Shown here: piece after piece, positions 24,575-37,784 of the stretch
Numbering within the stretch: position 1 is the stretch's first letter
Layout: each line of letters opens with the position of its first letter
DNA from: Lama glama
Taxonomy: Eukaryota
Length of the DNA stretch: 64,000 nucleotides
Assembly (NCBI GenBank): GCA_028534125.1
Contig: CM052816.1
Coordinates: 74,402,001 to 74,466,000, forward strand
Direction: 5' to 3'
Translations under genes and position numbers: made by a program
The notes under the pieces: generated by a model
What the model was told of the DNA's origin: nothing
Seen by the model: only the letters and a program-made list of their open reading frames with translations
The model's database searches: none

Positions 24575-26904
24575 TGTAAAGTAAAATGAACTATGGCAAA
24601 ATAGCTGTATGGTTCTCTTGCTCTCTGTACATGCCCTGCTCCTTAGGCCCTGCTTCACCTGCATGACTTTCCAATTGTCTTAATTATAGGGCTTAATTGA
24701 CTACCTACCTGCCCCCTTCCCCAGCTGCTGGTTTCCGCAGTAACTGATGAGCCAACCTGACGTCACTTCCCCCTATAAATGGTAGCCTCCTCCCCCGAGG
24801 GGCGAGATTGCTGCCTTGTCCTGCGTGCTGTCTGCCGTTCGTGGTGGGGTGTAGCTCCAGGACCATTGGCTTCAGGCTGGTAAGGTTTCCTATCCAGTAG
24901 ACTGTTGATGCCTCTGCCACTGTTTCTGGGCTCTTTCTCTGGTTTTGAGGCTGGGCAACCACAAGATTTGCAGGCCTTTGGGATGCAGCCCAACAAGCGG
25001 CTAGCCAGCCAGGATGTCAAGGAAACTCTTGTGAGTGCTGAGATGCCAGAAATAAGGAGAGGGAATGGGAGGTCGAGGGGGGTAACCCGAGGTGGCTATC
25101 CGCTAGCATGTGGGGGCCTGTGGCAGCTGCCCTTGATGAATGGGCACTAATGAGAGAGTCTGGATGGTTATGGTTAAAGTATGGGACCCCACTGAGGAAG
25201 AAGATTGGGATGAGGTCATAGAGGTGCCTGCCCCACGGGGTATAGATGAAGAGCAGCTCCCTCCCCCAGATGGGAGGCAGCCAACTACCATGAGAGATGT
25301 CTTTCTCTTCCATTATGTTGATGATACCCTATTAACCTCAGAGTCTCTTTCCAGTTTGAAAGTAGCAGCCCCGGGGGGAGGGGATAGCTCAAGTAGTAGA
25401 GCGCATGCTTAACATGCATGAGGTCCTGGGTTCAATCCCCAGTCTCCTGTGAAAACAAACAAACAAACAAAACCCTAGGATGGGAAACCCACTCTCCAAC
25501 ATGTGAACTAAGGGGCTAACTCAAGCCCTGTGAGCTGTAGCTGAGCATCCCAGGAATAATCGCACCAGTGCCCCTGCTGTGTTAACCCGGAGGCACTAGT
25601 CAACACAATCCGAGTTCAACTGTTGACCACCGAAGGACCATTGCCAACTGTCGATCAGGACAATGACTCACTTTCACCCTTGCCACAGGATCTCCCCCCT
25701 GGGGAACATATTATAAAATAGCCCTGGGACTGGCAGGTAAGTCCCTGTGGTTGGGAAGGAATAGGCTTAGAAAGGACCTTGTCGATTCCACCTGCCTTCT
25801 ACCAGGCCCTATCTGTAACTGCTGCGGTAATTAATTTGGGCCTCCTACTGGAGAAAGGTACCACTGTATTAACCTTGTGGTCTGTTACACACCTCTCCAG
25901 TGTTCGGCACTGGCTGTGGGCACTGCGGGTACACAGGAGATACGGTACTGCAGGCCAGGACCAAAACTACAGGCAGGGGTGGTATTATCTCAGAGTGCAG
26001 TTACTGCTTGTATGTTGCTTAACAGTCATGATCTTTCCGGTATCGTGCCTATTATAAACGTCTCACATCTCACACTTTGTCCCTAGTCTGAGCGGAGGGA
26101 ATCTGTTTGAAGACTGAGCAACAACTGCGGTCTCCCTGAGAAATGAGTCTGATTTCTGTGTCTGCAGCAAGATGCCATGGAAAACTAACCTGGCTACTGT
26201 GACCATGTGAAGACGGCTGAAGACTCTCACCTTCCTCCTGTCCTGCCTGCCAAGTGCCTGGCTCAATTTGCCCACTTATTGGAAGTCACTCTTTTTAGCA
26301 GACTAGGTTTCTTGCTCTTGATACTCTTAGGCGCGGTTTGTATTGCATTTGTGGTATCTGGTTGCAGTGCACCTTACATACCTGACGCGAGGGATCTCGG
26401 GAAGAGGGGCAGACGAGGACTGTGAGGGTTGTAAGGGTCGTGCAGGGCTCCTCGGGGGGAGTGTACGGTCAGGCCACTCAGGATGGCTGTTCTCTTGCTC
26501 TCCGTACATGCCCTGCTCCACCAGGCCCTGCTTCACTCACATAACTCTCCAATTGTCTTAATTATAGGGCTTAATTTGTAACTGCCTGTGTGCTTGCCCT
26601 CTGCCCCAGCCGCTGGTTTCCCTGGTAACTGATGAGCCAACCTGACATCAGTTCCCTCCTGCCGTCAATCCCCCTGTAAGTGGAAGCCGCCTTCTGCCTC
26701 AAGGAGTAGCAAGGATTGCCGCCTCGTCCTGCCTGCCGTCTGCGCACACGGTGGGGCATCACTCCAGGACCTTAGCTGCAGACTGGTAAGATGCCCAGTA
26801 AGCTAATGTTTCTGTCACTGTCTCCGTCGCTGCTTCTAGGCTTTCTTTGGTCACAAGCCCGGGCAGCTATAAGGTTTGCAGGCCTCTGGAGGTGCAGCCC
26901 AACA
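24575..26904 (+). mobile_element. Internally deleted endogenous retrovirus (class III / HERV-S-like) with two diverged LTRs
   Basis: 5' LTR ~24575-24995 and 3' LTR ~26421-26904 share many blocks and both end GCAGCCCAACA; PBS-like CGGCTAGCCAGCCAGGAT at 24998-25015; RT remnant FHYVDD at 25308-25325; env-TM-like hydrophobic stretch ~26290-26365. Confidence 0.85.
25372..25473 (+). mobile_element. tRNA-derived SINE inserted in the ERV pol remnant
   Basis: GGGGAGGGGATAGCTCAAGTAGTAGAGCGCATGCTT...GGGTTCAATCCCCAG then (AAAC)n tail. Confidence 0.9.
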
Positions 26905-27949
26905 AGACCTTGTAACCAATTTTAGCGGGAGATGGGACTGCAAGATTTTATGGCCGTTTCTACAACCTGGGTTGTAGAAAGAAGTTGAAGAAAATCCAAC
27001 ATCAAGTCTTCCCTTAGGGAAGGTTAAAGATGGCTGGAAGTGCCAGGCTTCAAACCCTCTGACCAGAACTGGCTACATAAATTATGCAATAAATCTGATA
27101 CAATGACAAAGAATCTCAAGACAGAAATGAGCATTAAACCAAGTACAGGCCCTTCTGTATGCGGAGCCCTGTGCTAGAACACAGGTCACACACCCATGCA
27201 GGTGGCCTGCCTTTCACTCCCGCATTCTCACCCCTCTGCTTTCTGTTTTTCTAGCTCCCCTGTTAATGTTTTGGAAGTTTAGGGTCTGTAGTTGTGTGCT
27301 GGGAATGCTTGAGATGCAGGGGTGGAGGGAGGTGCCATCCCCCTGGTGACTTCCCCATAGCATCGCACAACCTTCTGGGAATCTCCCATGTTCCCTCTTG
27401 AGCTTTGTCACTGACAGCCATGGACTGGTGTAAACAGTATTTTCAAATGAGCTCAGAAAATACTGTTGGTGAGCTACTCGAAAGGATACAGGTGAATTTG
27501 ATTATTACATTTCTTTGTTAGGCTCAGGGAAGGAGGCTTGGCTCTTTCTGTTGGTTAGATATGATGGAGTCAGGACACAAGGCAGGGTTAAGACCATTAA
27601 GTCAATTGATGAAAAGCACATGGGCGAACAAAAGCTTCAGCCAAAGTTCAAGCTTAGTTTTGATTAAGGGTTGGGTCTAGTTTGAGATAGGAATTAGAAG
27701 TGCCTAACCTGAAACTCTGTGACTGGCTAGAGGCAGAGGACAGACTTGTGATGGGCCTTGAATATTAGGCTAATAAGGAGCATAAACTCTGGCTGTTGAA
27801 CGGCATCCATATGTCTTACCCAAAGGCTTGGCATGGTGGCATCTATATTTTAGAAAAATAGGTCTGGTGCGGCCAGAACTTATGAAAGGGGAAGCTGGGA
27901 AATCAGACAAAAGTCTGAGGTTTCTTAAAAAAAAGGACATGTAGAAGTT

Positions 27950-28660
27950 GAATTTTTTTATTACTTGTTTATTGAAGTATAGTTGACTTACAATATTAGT
28001 TTCAGGTGTACAAAATAGTAACTCAAAATTTTTATAGATTATACTCTAAAGCTATTATAAAATATTGGCTTTATCCTCTGTGCTGTATAATATATCCTTA
28101 TAGCTTATTTTATACATAGTAATTTGTACCTCTTAATCCTCTACCCCTATATTGCCCCTGCCTCGTTCCCGCTCCCCAGTGGTAACTGCTAGTTTGTCTT
28201 CTAGATCTGTGAGTCTGCTTCTGTTTTGTTACATACATTCATTTGTTGTATCTTTTTAGATTCCATATGTAAGTGATAACATGCAGTATTTGTCTGACTT
28301 ATTTCACGAAGCATGATACCCTCCAGGTCTGTCAGTGTTGCTTCAAATGGCAAAATTTCATTCTATTACATGGCTGAGTAATATTCCATTGTGTATATAT
28401 ACTGCATCTTTATCTAGTCATCTGATGGACACTTAGGTTGCTTCTTTATCTTGGCTGTTGTAAACAATACTGCTGTGAACGTTAGGGTACATGTATCTTT
28501 TCAAATAGATGTCTTTATTTTCAAATAGATACCCAGGAGTGAAATGGCTGGATCACATGGTAGTTCTATTTTTAATCCTTTGAGGAACCTCCATACTGTT
28601 TTCCATAGTGGCTGCACCAGTTTACGTTCCCACTAGCAACACACTGGGGTTCCGTTTTGT
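27950..28660 (-). mobile_element. L1 3' end (end of ORF2 plus 3'UTR), antisense
   Basis: TTTATTGAAGTATAGTTGACTTACAAT...GAGGAACCTCCATACTGTTTTCCATAGTGGCTGCACCA. Confidence 0.9.
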
Positions 28661-29834
28661 GGAAGTTGAACTTTGGTGATGGATTGCGTATTTGGAAATC
28701 AAGGAGTGGCTATTTGGGGCTTAGATATTATGTAATTTAGATCGTCATGAATGCTGATGACATTCTTTGATGTAGGGAGTATGGAAGGAAGAACAAATCA
28801 GCCATTAAACTGTTGGTGGGTTCTTGGGGAGGGACCCTCCATTCTACATGGTAAGACAGTAACAAACCAAGATACTTATCCTCTTGACTTTACCATGTGC
28901 CATGCCTTTAGATCTAATCTATTATAACTTTTGAAATTATCAAGCAAAATTAAACATTGTCCAACAGACTCTCTTTATATAAGGCCATAATTAGAATATG
29001 GCTGAGACAGACGTCTATGTAAGAGTCCTGATAAGATCTGTGATAATGTAAGGCATCACACTGTGCATAGTGCTACGTATAGAACTCTATCAAAATTGCT
29101 TATTTCTTCAAATTTGGGGTAAAAAGTTTTGTTAAATTCTACTGTAATCGCGTTTCTTGTGGCAATGAGACTTTCTTTACAGACCACTCTGCTTGGCTTT
29201 GGAATATCACATGTTTAGGATACAAAGCTCTTGAAGGGCGAATTACCAGGATTTGAGACCTCAAGAAACAAACAAACAAAAAAATCCTGAATTGTGGGAC
29301 TTCTTTTTCCCTCTTCATCTTCCAGAGGGAGCTGAACCCATACATTGACAAACCCAACTTCACTGGTATAATTCTTAAGTTTTTCTAAGAAGTTTTAGAA
29401 ACAAAGTTTGAAAATTTTCAAAACTGCCAAAAAGCTTTTGATTTACATGGCCTGTAAACTCAATCTTGTGATGCTCTTGTGATTTCTTTTTCAAGTGTTG
29501 GTGGTGATGGAGGGGAATGTACTTTAATTTGTGACGAGTCAGTGAGAAGTGAGTTCTATTGATGCATTTTCAAATACAAGCAAGTTTTTGGGTTGGTACA
29601 ATGACTGGAGACCTTACTAGAATTAGTATCTGGAAACCAAAGTTCCTATTAATGCAGGAGACAGACTTACACCTGAAATCCTAGATAATTGTAGGATTCT
29701 TTGTCCTTGAAATTTGACTTTTACCAGAATGTGTAGCTGTATTGTGTATGTGTAATCTTGTTTCACCTGGTACACCCTTGGTCTCTCAATATTCAGGATA
29801 AAGAGATCGAAAGAAAGATCTCTCTTCTCTAGTC

Positions 29835-30385
29835 TCTGGATATTCCAGTTGCTGTGGCTGCAGAACAAACTACCCCCAAACTTAGCGACACTCACAACCG
29901 TTTTAGGATAGGTCACATACTTGGATCAGAAATTTGGACAGGGCTTTTGCTGAGCAATTTTTTTGTGCCTTCAAATGAAGGCATTCTGTGTACTCAACTG
30001 GTGGATGGGCTGGTGTGCAGGGCACAGGAGGATGTCCCTGCTCTTCTGGTGTCTTGGCAGGGGTGGCTGGAAGGCTGGGCTCAGCTGGGACTATTGTCCA
30101 GAGTGCCTGCACATGGTATCTGCAGCACGGTGCTCTCAGTGTTGGCAGAGTTCTTACGTGGTGGCTGGCTTTTTCCAAAAGGAGTGTCCCAGGAGAGCCA
30201 GGAGGAAGGTGTATCACCTTTTGTGACTTTGTGTTCAAAATCATGCGGTATCACTTCTGTCACATTATTGGTTGAAGCAGTCACAAATCCACCGGATTCA
30301 AAGGATAGAAAACATAGATTTCTCTCTCTCAATGGGATAAGTGTTAAAAAAAATTTTTTTGTGGCTATTTTTATAAACTACAACT
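29835..30385 (-). mobile_element. MaLR LTR (MLT1-like), antisense
   Basis: AACAAACTACCCCCAAACTTAG...GGGCTCAGCTGGGAC...CACTTCTGTCACATTATTGGTTGAAGCAGTCACA. Confidence 0.8.
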
Positions 30386-30750
30386 CGAATTTACTTCCTT
30401 AATATTATTGAGTGCCAAATACATGCTATACTGGGCTTAGGGATGGTAAACATGGGAAATAAAAGGCATGCCCTCATATTACATGGTGATTTGAGCAAAT
30501 TACTTCACCTCTCCATACCTCAGCTTCCACATTTAGGAATACAATGGAGGTAACGTTGGGTAGAATGAAGGTGGTGCAGGTAAGCAAAGGGCCTATCTAA
30601 TAGTAAATGTTCAGTCAATGTTAGCTAGTATTATTATTGCCTAGTAACTCATTAAATGTTTGCTGGTTCATTAAATATTCACCATTATCATCTAGTTCAT
30701 TGTTTCTGACCACCAAGTAGGACCATCATATGCATTCACCCCATTTGGTT

Positions 30751-31220
30751 TGTTGACTGAAATAAATGCACAGCCTAAAAGTTAAGAGGTATGTTTTATC
30801 TGGCAGGAGGACTCCAGCTGGGATGACAGCCTCTCAGACTGCTCTGAGGCTCCGAAGAGGTAGGGGAGGAGCTAGGATATATAGGAGCTTTACAACAAAG
30901 ACCAGGTTGTTGAAACAATAAAAGATTACTTGTTATCTAAAGAAAAGCAGGCATCTCAAGTTCAAGAATTTAGTGCTTTTCTATGTATGGGAGGAAGCAA
31001 ACATTTGGGCTCATTGAATTCATTCCTTTTACAAGCACCTGGCCATCTAGGCCCATTATGTTTCCTTTCTTATTCTGAGTCCCCTCAGGGTGCACCACTG
31101 TGAGTGACTGCAGAGGCTGGGCTGCGGGCTTGTCTTCCCTGGGGGGTGGCGGCAGCCGCTGATGACTTGGTTTCAACATTCTTTATTTACTGATATGGTT
31201 TGCAGTATTTTTCATTCACA
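30751..31220 (-). mobile_element. ERV1 LTR (MER41-like lineage), copy A1
   Basis: TGTTGACTGAAATAAATGCACAGCC...TTCATTCACA; highly similar to 32052-32356. Confidence 0.8.
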
Positions 31221-31359
31221 TTACAATGTTAACAGCCTAAAAATGGGTTTTCTGACTCTAGCAAAGGTACCATATTTATAAAAACTGAAATTGTAAGGAG
31301 CCATGTACAAGTCAATGAGTTATATTTCTGATATTGGCCTAAAAGGAAGTGTAGATCTT

Positions 31360-31500
31360 CTTTGACTTATGGTTGTCGCCCAGTAAACCCGTTGTAAGTT
31401 GAAAATATCCTAGGTTGAAATGCATTTAACCCTAAATTGAAATGAATTTAACACATCTATTGAATGTTAATAGTTTACCTTAGTCTACTTTAAATGTGCT
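31360..31500. mobile_element. Tigger-type (TcMar) fragment
   Basis: GACTTATGGTTGTCGCCCAGTAAACCCGTTGTAAGTTGAAAATATC...AATGCATTTAA. Confidence 0.6.
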
Positions 31501-32050
31501 GCTAACTAAAAATTGTCACTGGCCAACTGATTCTTCAAGAATGAAGCCACTAGCTGCTGCAGCCGCTGAACTTCAACACACCCTGGAAGTTCAGGGTGGG
31601 GATCAGGCATGAGGCACTCTGTGCTCTGGGGAAAATGGGCAAAACAGGCCTTCAGATAGGTATTTTCAGGAGAAATTTTTATGTACCCAATTTCTTGCAT
31701 CTTATATCTAGAAAAGCACTAAAATCATTAATGGAGACATTTGCTCCTCATGACTAGCAGCAAAACTTCTGCCAAAATGTGTGCTTGATTGCACATGTCC
31801 CCCTTTGCTAAAATCATGCACATACTGATCTCCTCTCCCACTTAGAAGCAGTTCCTCAGAGCTATCTGAGAGGCTGTCTCCCAGGCTATAGTGCTCATTT
31901 TGCCCCAAATAAAACTTAACTCAAAACTCTCACGTTGTGGGTTTTTTTTTTAGTCGATAGTTTTGACAACCAATGAAGGGGCCCAGAGCAGACTTTCCTT
32001 TGCCTAAACTCTACAAGGAACCAGAGCTTGGTAACAGTATCTTGTGATTG
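31500..32050 (+). mobile_element. MER41-like LTR with PBS-like site and short internal stub
   Basis: GCAGTTCCTCAGAGCTATCTGAGAGGCTGTCTCCCAGGCTATAG...CCCCAAATAAAACTTAAC...AGTCGATA, then TTTGACAACCAATGAAGGG. Confidence 0.7.
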
Positions 32051-32051
32051 T

Positions 32052-32356
32052 TGTCAACTGAAATAAATGCACAGCCTAAAAGTTAAGAGTTATTTTTCAT
32101 TTGGTGGAAGGACTTGAGCTGGGATGACAGCCTCTCAGATGGCTCTGAGGGACTGCTCCAAAGAGGTCGGGAAGTAGCTAGGATATTTAGGAGCTTTACA
32201 ACAAAGACCAGGTAGTTGGAGCAATAAAAGATTGCTTGTTATCTAAAGAAAACTGGGCATCTCAAGTTCAAGAATTTAGTGCTTTTCTATGTATGGGAGG
32301 AAGCAAACATTTGGGCTCACTGAATTCATTCCTTTTACAAGCACCTGGCCATCTAG
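32052..32356 (-). mobile_element. ERV1 LTR copy A2, cut by the assembly gap
   Basis: Aligns to 30751-31050 with scattered substitutions and small indels. Confidence 0.8.
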
Positions 32357-32856
32357 NNNNNNNNNNNNNNNNNNNNNNNNNNNNNNNNNNNNNNNNNNNN
32401 NNNNNNNNNNNNNNNNNNNNNNNNNNNNNNNNNNNNNNNNNNNNNNNNNNNNNNNNNNNNNNNNNNNNNNNNNNNNNNNNNNNNNNNNNNNNNNNNNNNN
32501 NNNNNNNNNNNNNNNNNNNNNNNNNNNNNNNNNNNNNNNNNNNNNNNNNNNNNNNNNNNNNNNNNNNNNNNNNNNNNNNNNNNNNNNNNNNNNNNNNNNN
32601 NNNNNNNNNNNNNNNNNNNNNNNNNNNNNNNNNNNNNNNNNNNNNNNNNNNNNNNNNNNNNNNNNNNNNNNNNNNNNNNNNNNNNNNNNNNNNNNNNNNN
32701 NNNNNNNNNNNNNNNNNNNNNNNNNNNNNNNNNNNNNNNNNNNNNNNNNNNNNNNNNNNNNNNNNNNNNNNNNNNNNNNNNNNNNNNNNNNNNNNNNNNN
32801 NNNNNNNNNNNNNNNNNNNNNNNNNNNNNNNNNNNNNNNNNNNNNNNNNNNNNNNN
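32357..32856. other. Assembly gap (500 N)
   Basis: Run of N. Confidence 1.
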
Positions 32857-34370
32857 CAGTAATGCTTTGGCAATTCTAGGTCTTTGATGGTTCCATATAA
32901 ATTTTATTATGATTTGTTCTAGTTCTGTGAAATATGTCCTGGGTAATTTGATAGGGATTGCATTAAATCTGTAGATTGCCTTGGGCAGTGTGACCATTTT
33001 AACAATATTGATTCTTCCAGGCTTGATGTTTTTAGAAATGTATTCATTTCTTCTAGGTTGTCCAATTTGTTGGCATATAACTGTTCATCGTATTCTCTTA
33101 AGTTTTTTTTTTTTTAATATTTCTGTGATATCAGTTGTTGTTTCCCCTCTTTAATTTCTTATTTTGTTTTTTTGGGTCCTCATCCTTTTCTTCTTGGTGG
33201 TCCTGGCTAGAGGTTTGTTGATTCTGTTTCTTAAAAAAAAAAAAAACAAAAAACCAGCTCTCAATTTTAATGATATCTTCTGTTGTTTTTTGGTTTCTGT
33301 TTATTTCCTCTCTGATCTTTACTTCTTTTCTTCTGCTGACTTTGGGTTTTGCTGGTTCTTTTTCAAATTCTTTAGGTGGTAGGTTAGGTTATTTGGGATT
33401 TTTTTCTTTCTTGAAGAAGGCCTATATAATTATGACTGTTCCTATTTTTGATTGGTTGATCTTTATAGTTTCTAGTTCCTTGTCACAGAGATCTGCATTT
33501 CTATTGATATTCTTTCTTAATTCTTTTAGCATTTCTATAACCTCTCTTTTAAACTCAGAGTCTAGTAGACTGGTGAGGTCTGTTTCATTATTCTTTCAGG
33601 GGATTTCTCTTGTTCTTTTAATTGGGAGTAGTTCCTTTACCTTTTCATTTTACTTAACTTTCTCTGACTCTATGAGTTTAGGAGCAGCAGTTATCTACTG
33701 TGGTCTTGAAGGAGTATTTTTATGTGGTAGCATCCCTGTGTGGATTGTGTATGTTCAATGTTTTTGGTGTGATGGCTGGTTTTGGTATGGATGCCAGCCA
33801 CCTCTTTCCTCAGAGTGTACTGGCTGTTATCCCCTTGATAGGGGGTGTGGTTGGTGTTGGTGGATTTAAACCTGTTCAGGATGTGAGGCAGGACTTCCTC
33901 TATGCACTGTGGCTATCCCCGCCCTGCCAGGAATGGAGTCTGCCCCCCGATCTGTTGGCATAGAAGCCCTGAGGGTCAGGTTCGATCAGGCTCTGTTGCC
34001 CTTGAGTGCATGTCCTGCTCCCAAAGGAAATGATTGCTGAAGCAAATGAGGCCTATGTGCTCACAGGGGGCCTATGCACTGCCTTTGTAGGCATCTGTGG
34101 TTCTGCTCGAGGTAGCATCCCTTTCTCTGTTGTTTTCATCCCAGATCTAGTGCAAGGCTATGGTGTATCTCATAGTTTCTTTATTCCACACTTTCAGTAT
34201 CCATTCATCCATCAGTAGACACTTAGGCTGTTTTCCTATCTTGGTTATTGTGAATAATGCTGTGATGAACATAAGAGTGCAGATAATCTCTTTGTGATCC
34301 TGTTTTCAATTCCTTTCAACTCCGGAAGTGGGATTACTGCATCACATGGCAGTTCTGTTTTCAATTTTTC
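32857..34370 (-). mobile_element. L1 fragments, antisense, including an ORF2 piece
   Basis: [42 protein letters not shown] is L1 ORF2; other rearranged or deleted L1 segments follow. Confidence 0.85.
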
Positions 34371-34384
34371 TTGTTCTTTTCTGG

Positions 34385-34590
34385 AGTTCGAGTGCTTATG
34401 TTTGCATCTTGGCTCTTATGTTTATTAATTTTGTAACTTGAGTCATGTTAGCAAACTTTATTCCTATTTCCACATCACTAAGCTGGGAATAATAGACCTT
34501 CTTAGGATTGTTGTGAGGCTAAAATATGTTCCAGTGTGTAAGTGTTTAGAATAGTGTCTGGCACATGGTAAGTGCATAATAAATGCCAGC
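34385..34590 (+). mobile_element. MIR SINE
   Basis: TAGGATTGTTGTGAGGCTAAAA...AGTGTCTGGCACATGGTAAGTGC. Confidence 0.75.
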
Positions 34591-37500
34591 TGGAAATGCA
34601 ATCTAACCATTATGAGAAATGTCCTCCATCACATAGAGTTGTCAGGTTGGGTAGACTCAGTGGTGTGGTGGCATTGGCTTGAAGTCTCATGAGAGCTGAT
34701 CATGCAATCCCTTCCTAACTTTGTGTTCAGTGATGAAACATTGATAGGTTTAAATCAGTCACATCGGGAATATTCATACCACAGAAAACTGGCCAAATCT
34801 ACAAATCTCGACTCCCTCCTACCCCCTGCCTCCCTGAACTGGTTGTTAACCAGTGCTGTGCTAGTAAATGTTTATATTGATCAGAACAAGAAATGTATCT
34901 TTAGCAAGTGATTCTTTGGATTCATGGATACTGTAAAACAATTTTCCATTTTCTTTACACTGAATAGGATCAGAAACTTTCCCCCATCAAGAAATATTAC
35001 AGCCTACTCTATTATTACAGCCTACAATATGACTGGAATACTGGACTAGTCAGAAGGTCAGTGTGTTTTGTCCTGATTCCAACACTTACTAGCTACGTAA
35101 CTTTGGGAAAATCTCTTAGGTTTTCTGCCTTGGTAATCTTGCCTGTAAAAATGTTAAAATTATTTGACTTGCTTACAGATTTGTTATATTTAAATGAAAT
35201 AATACATAAGAAAATACTTTATAAAATTATTTCATTCATATTATAATAGCATATGTATAATATATATATATATAAATATACCTGAGCTGAGAAGGATCTG
35301 TGGTTATTTTAATCGTGTAGTTGTTTTGCCTTTTATTCTCTAGGAAGTTTTATTGATAAAATAAATTTTATGGCCTCACATAAAGGGGCTTTGGTCGGAT
35401 TCACATTCACCTGAAATTTATTATAACTTTATTTTGTGCCAGGCTTGCTAGTTACTCTTCTTATAGCAGCTTTTCCCAAGTGTTAATAGATCTAAGAATG
35501 GGTACTCCTTCACCATTATATTTTCCATTGTTGAATGAATTGGAAAATGATGTATTTAAACAGATTTAATAGCAGAAGCTTTAAAATGTTAACTTGTGCT
35601 CTGGCTTTCCAGAGGGAAGTATAGTATTAAATGTTTCACAAACTTACTTGACAGAATCACTCATTTAAGAACATTTCAGGCAACAGGTGTGTCCCAGAAT
35701 ATATGCTGGTAAATCCATCCTAGGCAGTTGTTAGGTGAGCTAAAAACTAGAATATGATAAACACCATTGAAAGTGGTTCAGAGGAGAGAACGATCAGTCA
35801 AGGCTGGAGGGAACCGGAAGGGCTGCATGAAGGAGCTGTTTGAGTTCAGCCATGAAGGATGAGGGCAAGTTCGACAGGCTTGGTAGGTGGCGGCTTTTCA
35901 GATGGAGGAAGAGGCATGAACAAAAACCAGTAGGGAAAGCATAAACTCTACTCGAGTGGCAAGTGTCTCTTGCTACATCCACAAGGGGCTCTTAAGTTCA
36001 AGTGAACATTCCCCAGACGACTACAGACCACACTTGGCCCCAGCCTATGGAGGAGTAAACAAGAGGGATGTAGGACAGGGCAGCATCATGCTCTCTGTTT
36101 TACAGGTGTAGTCATGGCAACAGTCCATGTAGTCGCGCACAACCATTTACATAGCTACCCAGTATTTTCTTTCCTCTCCTCTGCCAAGTGACGACAGCTC
36201 AGGGGCAAAGTCCGGAGCCTCATATCGGGCAGGTAAAGGAGTCTGCGAGGCTTAGATGCTCTATGTCCCACTGGAGCCAGTAGTTCTGATGACAACTCCA
36301 TAGGCATACCTTCCAGTGTCCCTATTAGGGACATGCTCAGAGTCACCATACTCAAGTCCAAAGTGCAGTTTACTTCCAGGCATTTAGAGTTTCTCCTCAT
36401 CCAGATGTAACTCACCAGTCAGGTCATTTTAACCATTAGCAATTGTGCCTGTGTAACATAGCTGGCATAATATTCTTACTCCCTTTAGAAGAAAATAGAG
36501 CTTAACCAAAGGTCAAATTCTTACCCAGAAGCTGTGCCCTTTACACACAACTCTTAAATATCAAGCCAGCAAGGAGACTGGGCAACTGATGTATCCTCTT
36601 GGATTTCAACTAGAGTTTGGATTCAAGTAACCTCTAGTTTTTCCCATTTCTTACCCTAAACAGGGAACATGCAAAGATATTTAGTATCTTGTTGTAAAAC
36701 TATGTAAATATAAAAATACTGTAACAGACAAATAGATTTGTTAGTATATTTTCCTAGAACTGTTAAGGATTTTAATACAGGAACACATCTTCCACATGAC
36801 CTTCATCTTCTGAAATAGAAATGCTCAGGCTCTTTCAATCCATGGAAGTAAGAGGCCTCTCTTTCCCTTTGCTCCTGACCCTTGAAGCATCCCCTATGAA
36901 TGATAAACCTGTCATCTCATAAAAGACTGGGTCTTGTGTATAAAAAAAAAATCCAGTGCTTAAAGTGGCGGCCTTTTATTTGTTTTGTACGTGGTAAGGC
37001 AGTATATGTTCTAATATCTCAGGGACAGGAGAGACATGATTTTCTAAATGAGAAAGCAGGGAACGCTGAGGCTTCACCCATGGCTCTTTTAGGTAATGGC
37101 TGCTCAAAGAGCAGAAGGCAGCAGGTGGAGAAATTCTTTACTTGCATTGAATGCAAACCCTCTAGTGTCACAGAAAGTTGTGGCCTCTTGCATCCAACTT
37201 GCTGAAGCAATAAATGTTCACTGGGTTTCTCAATGCCATTGCAGATGCCCACCTCTGAGGGCCCAGTGCCCGCCGTGCAGCAGCAACCCCAGCTGGAGCC
37301 TCCTGTGGACGAATCTCTGCTTTGTGGTAGGTTCCTGTGCAACCTGCTTCACCCGGCCTTCCACCCCCAGCCCTTGATTGACTTCCCCTGGTACGGAGCT
37401 AGGCTGACAGCTGACTTGTGCTAATGTGTGAGTGGTAGACACTCTTTCTAGGCAATGTGCTCACACGGGAAACGTAACCTAATGCTGACGCTAAGCTCTC

Positions 37501-37784
37501 CCCATCTCACACCCCACACATATCACGCAAGCTATGATGCATCTAAAATCTGATGGTGAGACCGCAGTCCAGGCAAGCCAGCAGGCTGTTTTTGAGCTGG
37601 GCCCCTAGAGGAAAGGAGCCATCGCCTTTTCCTTTCTATTTCCGCCCAGAACAAACATCTCCACACCCGCTGCCACCATGCTGAAACCAGCTGTGCTAAG
37701 CAACCCTTCCAAGGGGAACTTGACAGTACGCAGTCTGGTTTAGGACGCGCTTCCTGTGGGTGTCAGACCGTAGACGCACACCAT

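Noticed and set aside
29854..30402. 182-aa ORF
   Set aside because: Coincides with an MLT1 LTR; chance ORF
32236..32997. Four ~200-aa ORFs
   Set aside because: Artefacts of the 500-N gap; the real flanks are LTR and L1 ORF2 fragments
33270..33869. 199-aa hydrophobic ORF
   Set aside because: T-rich antisense strand of L1
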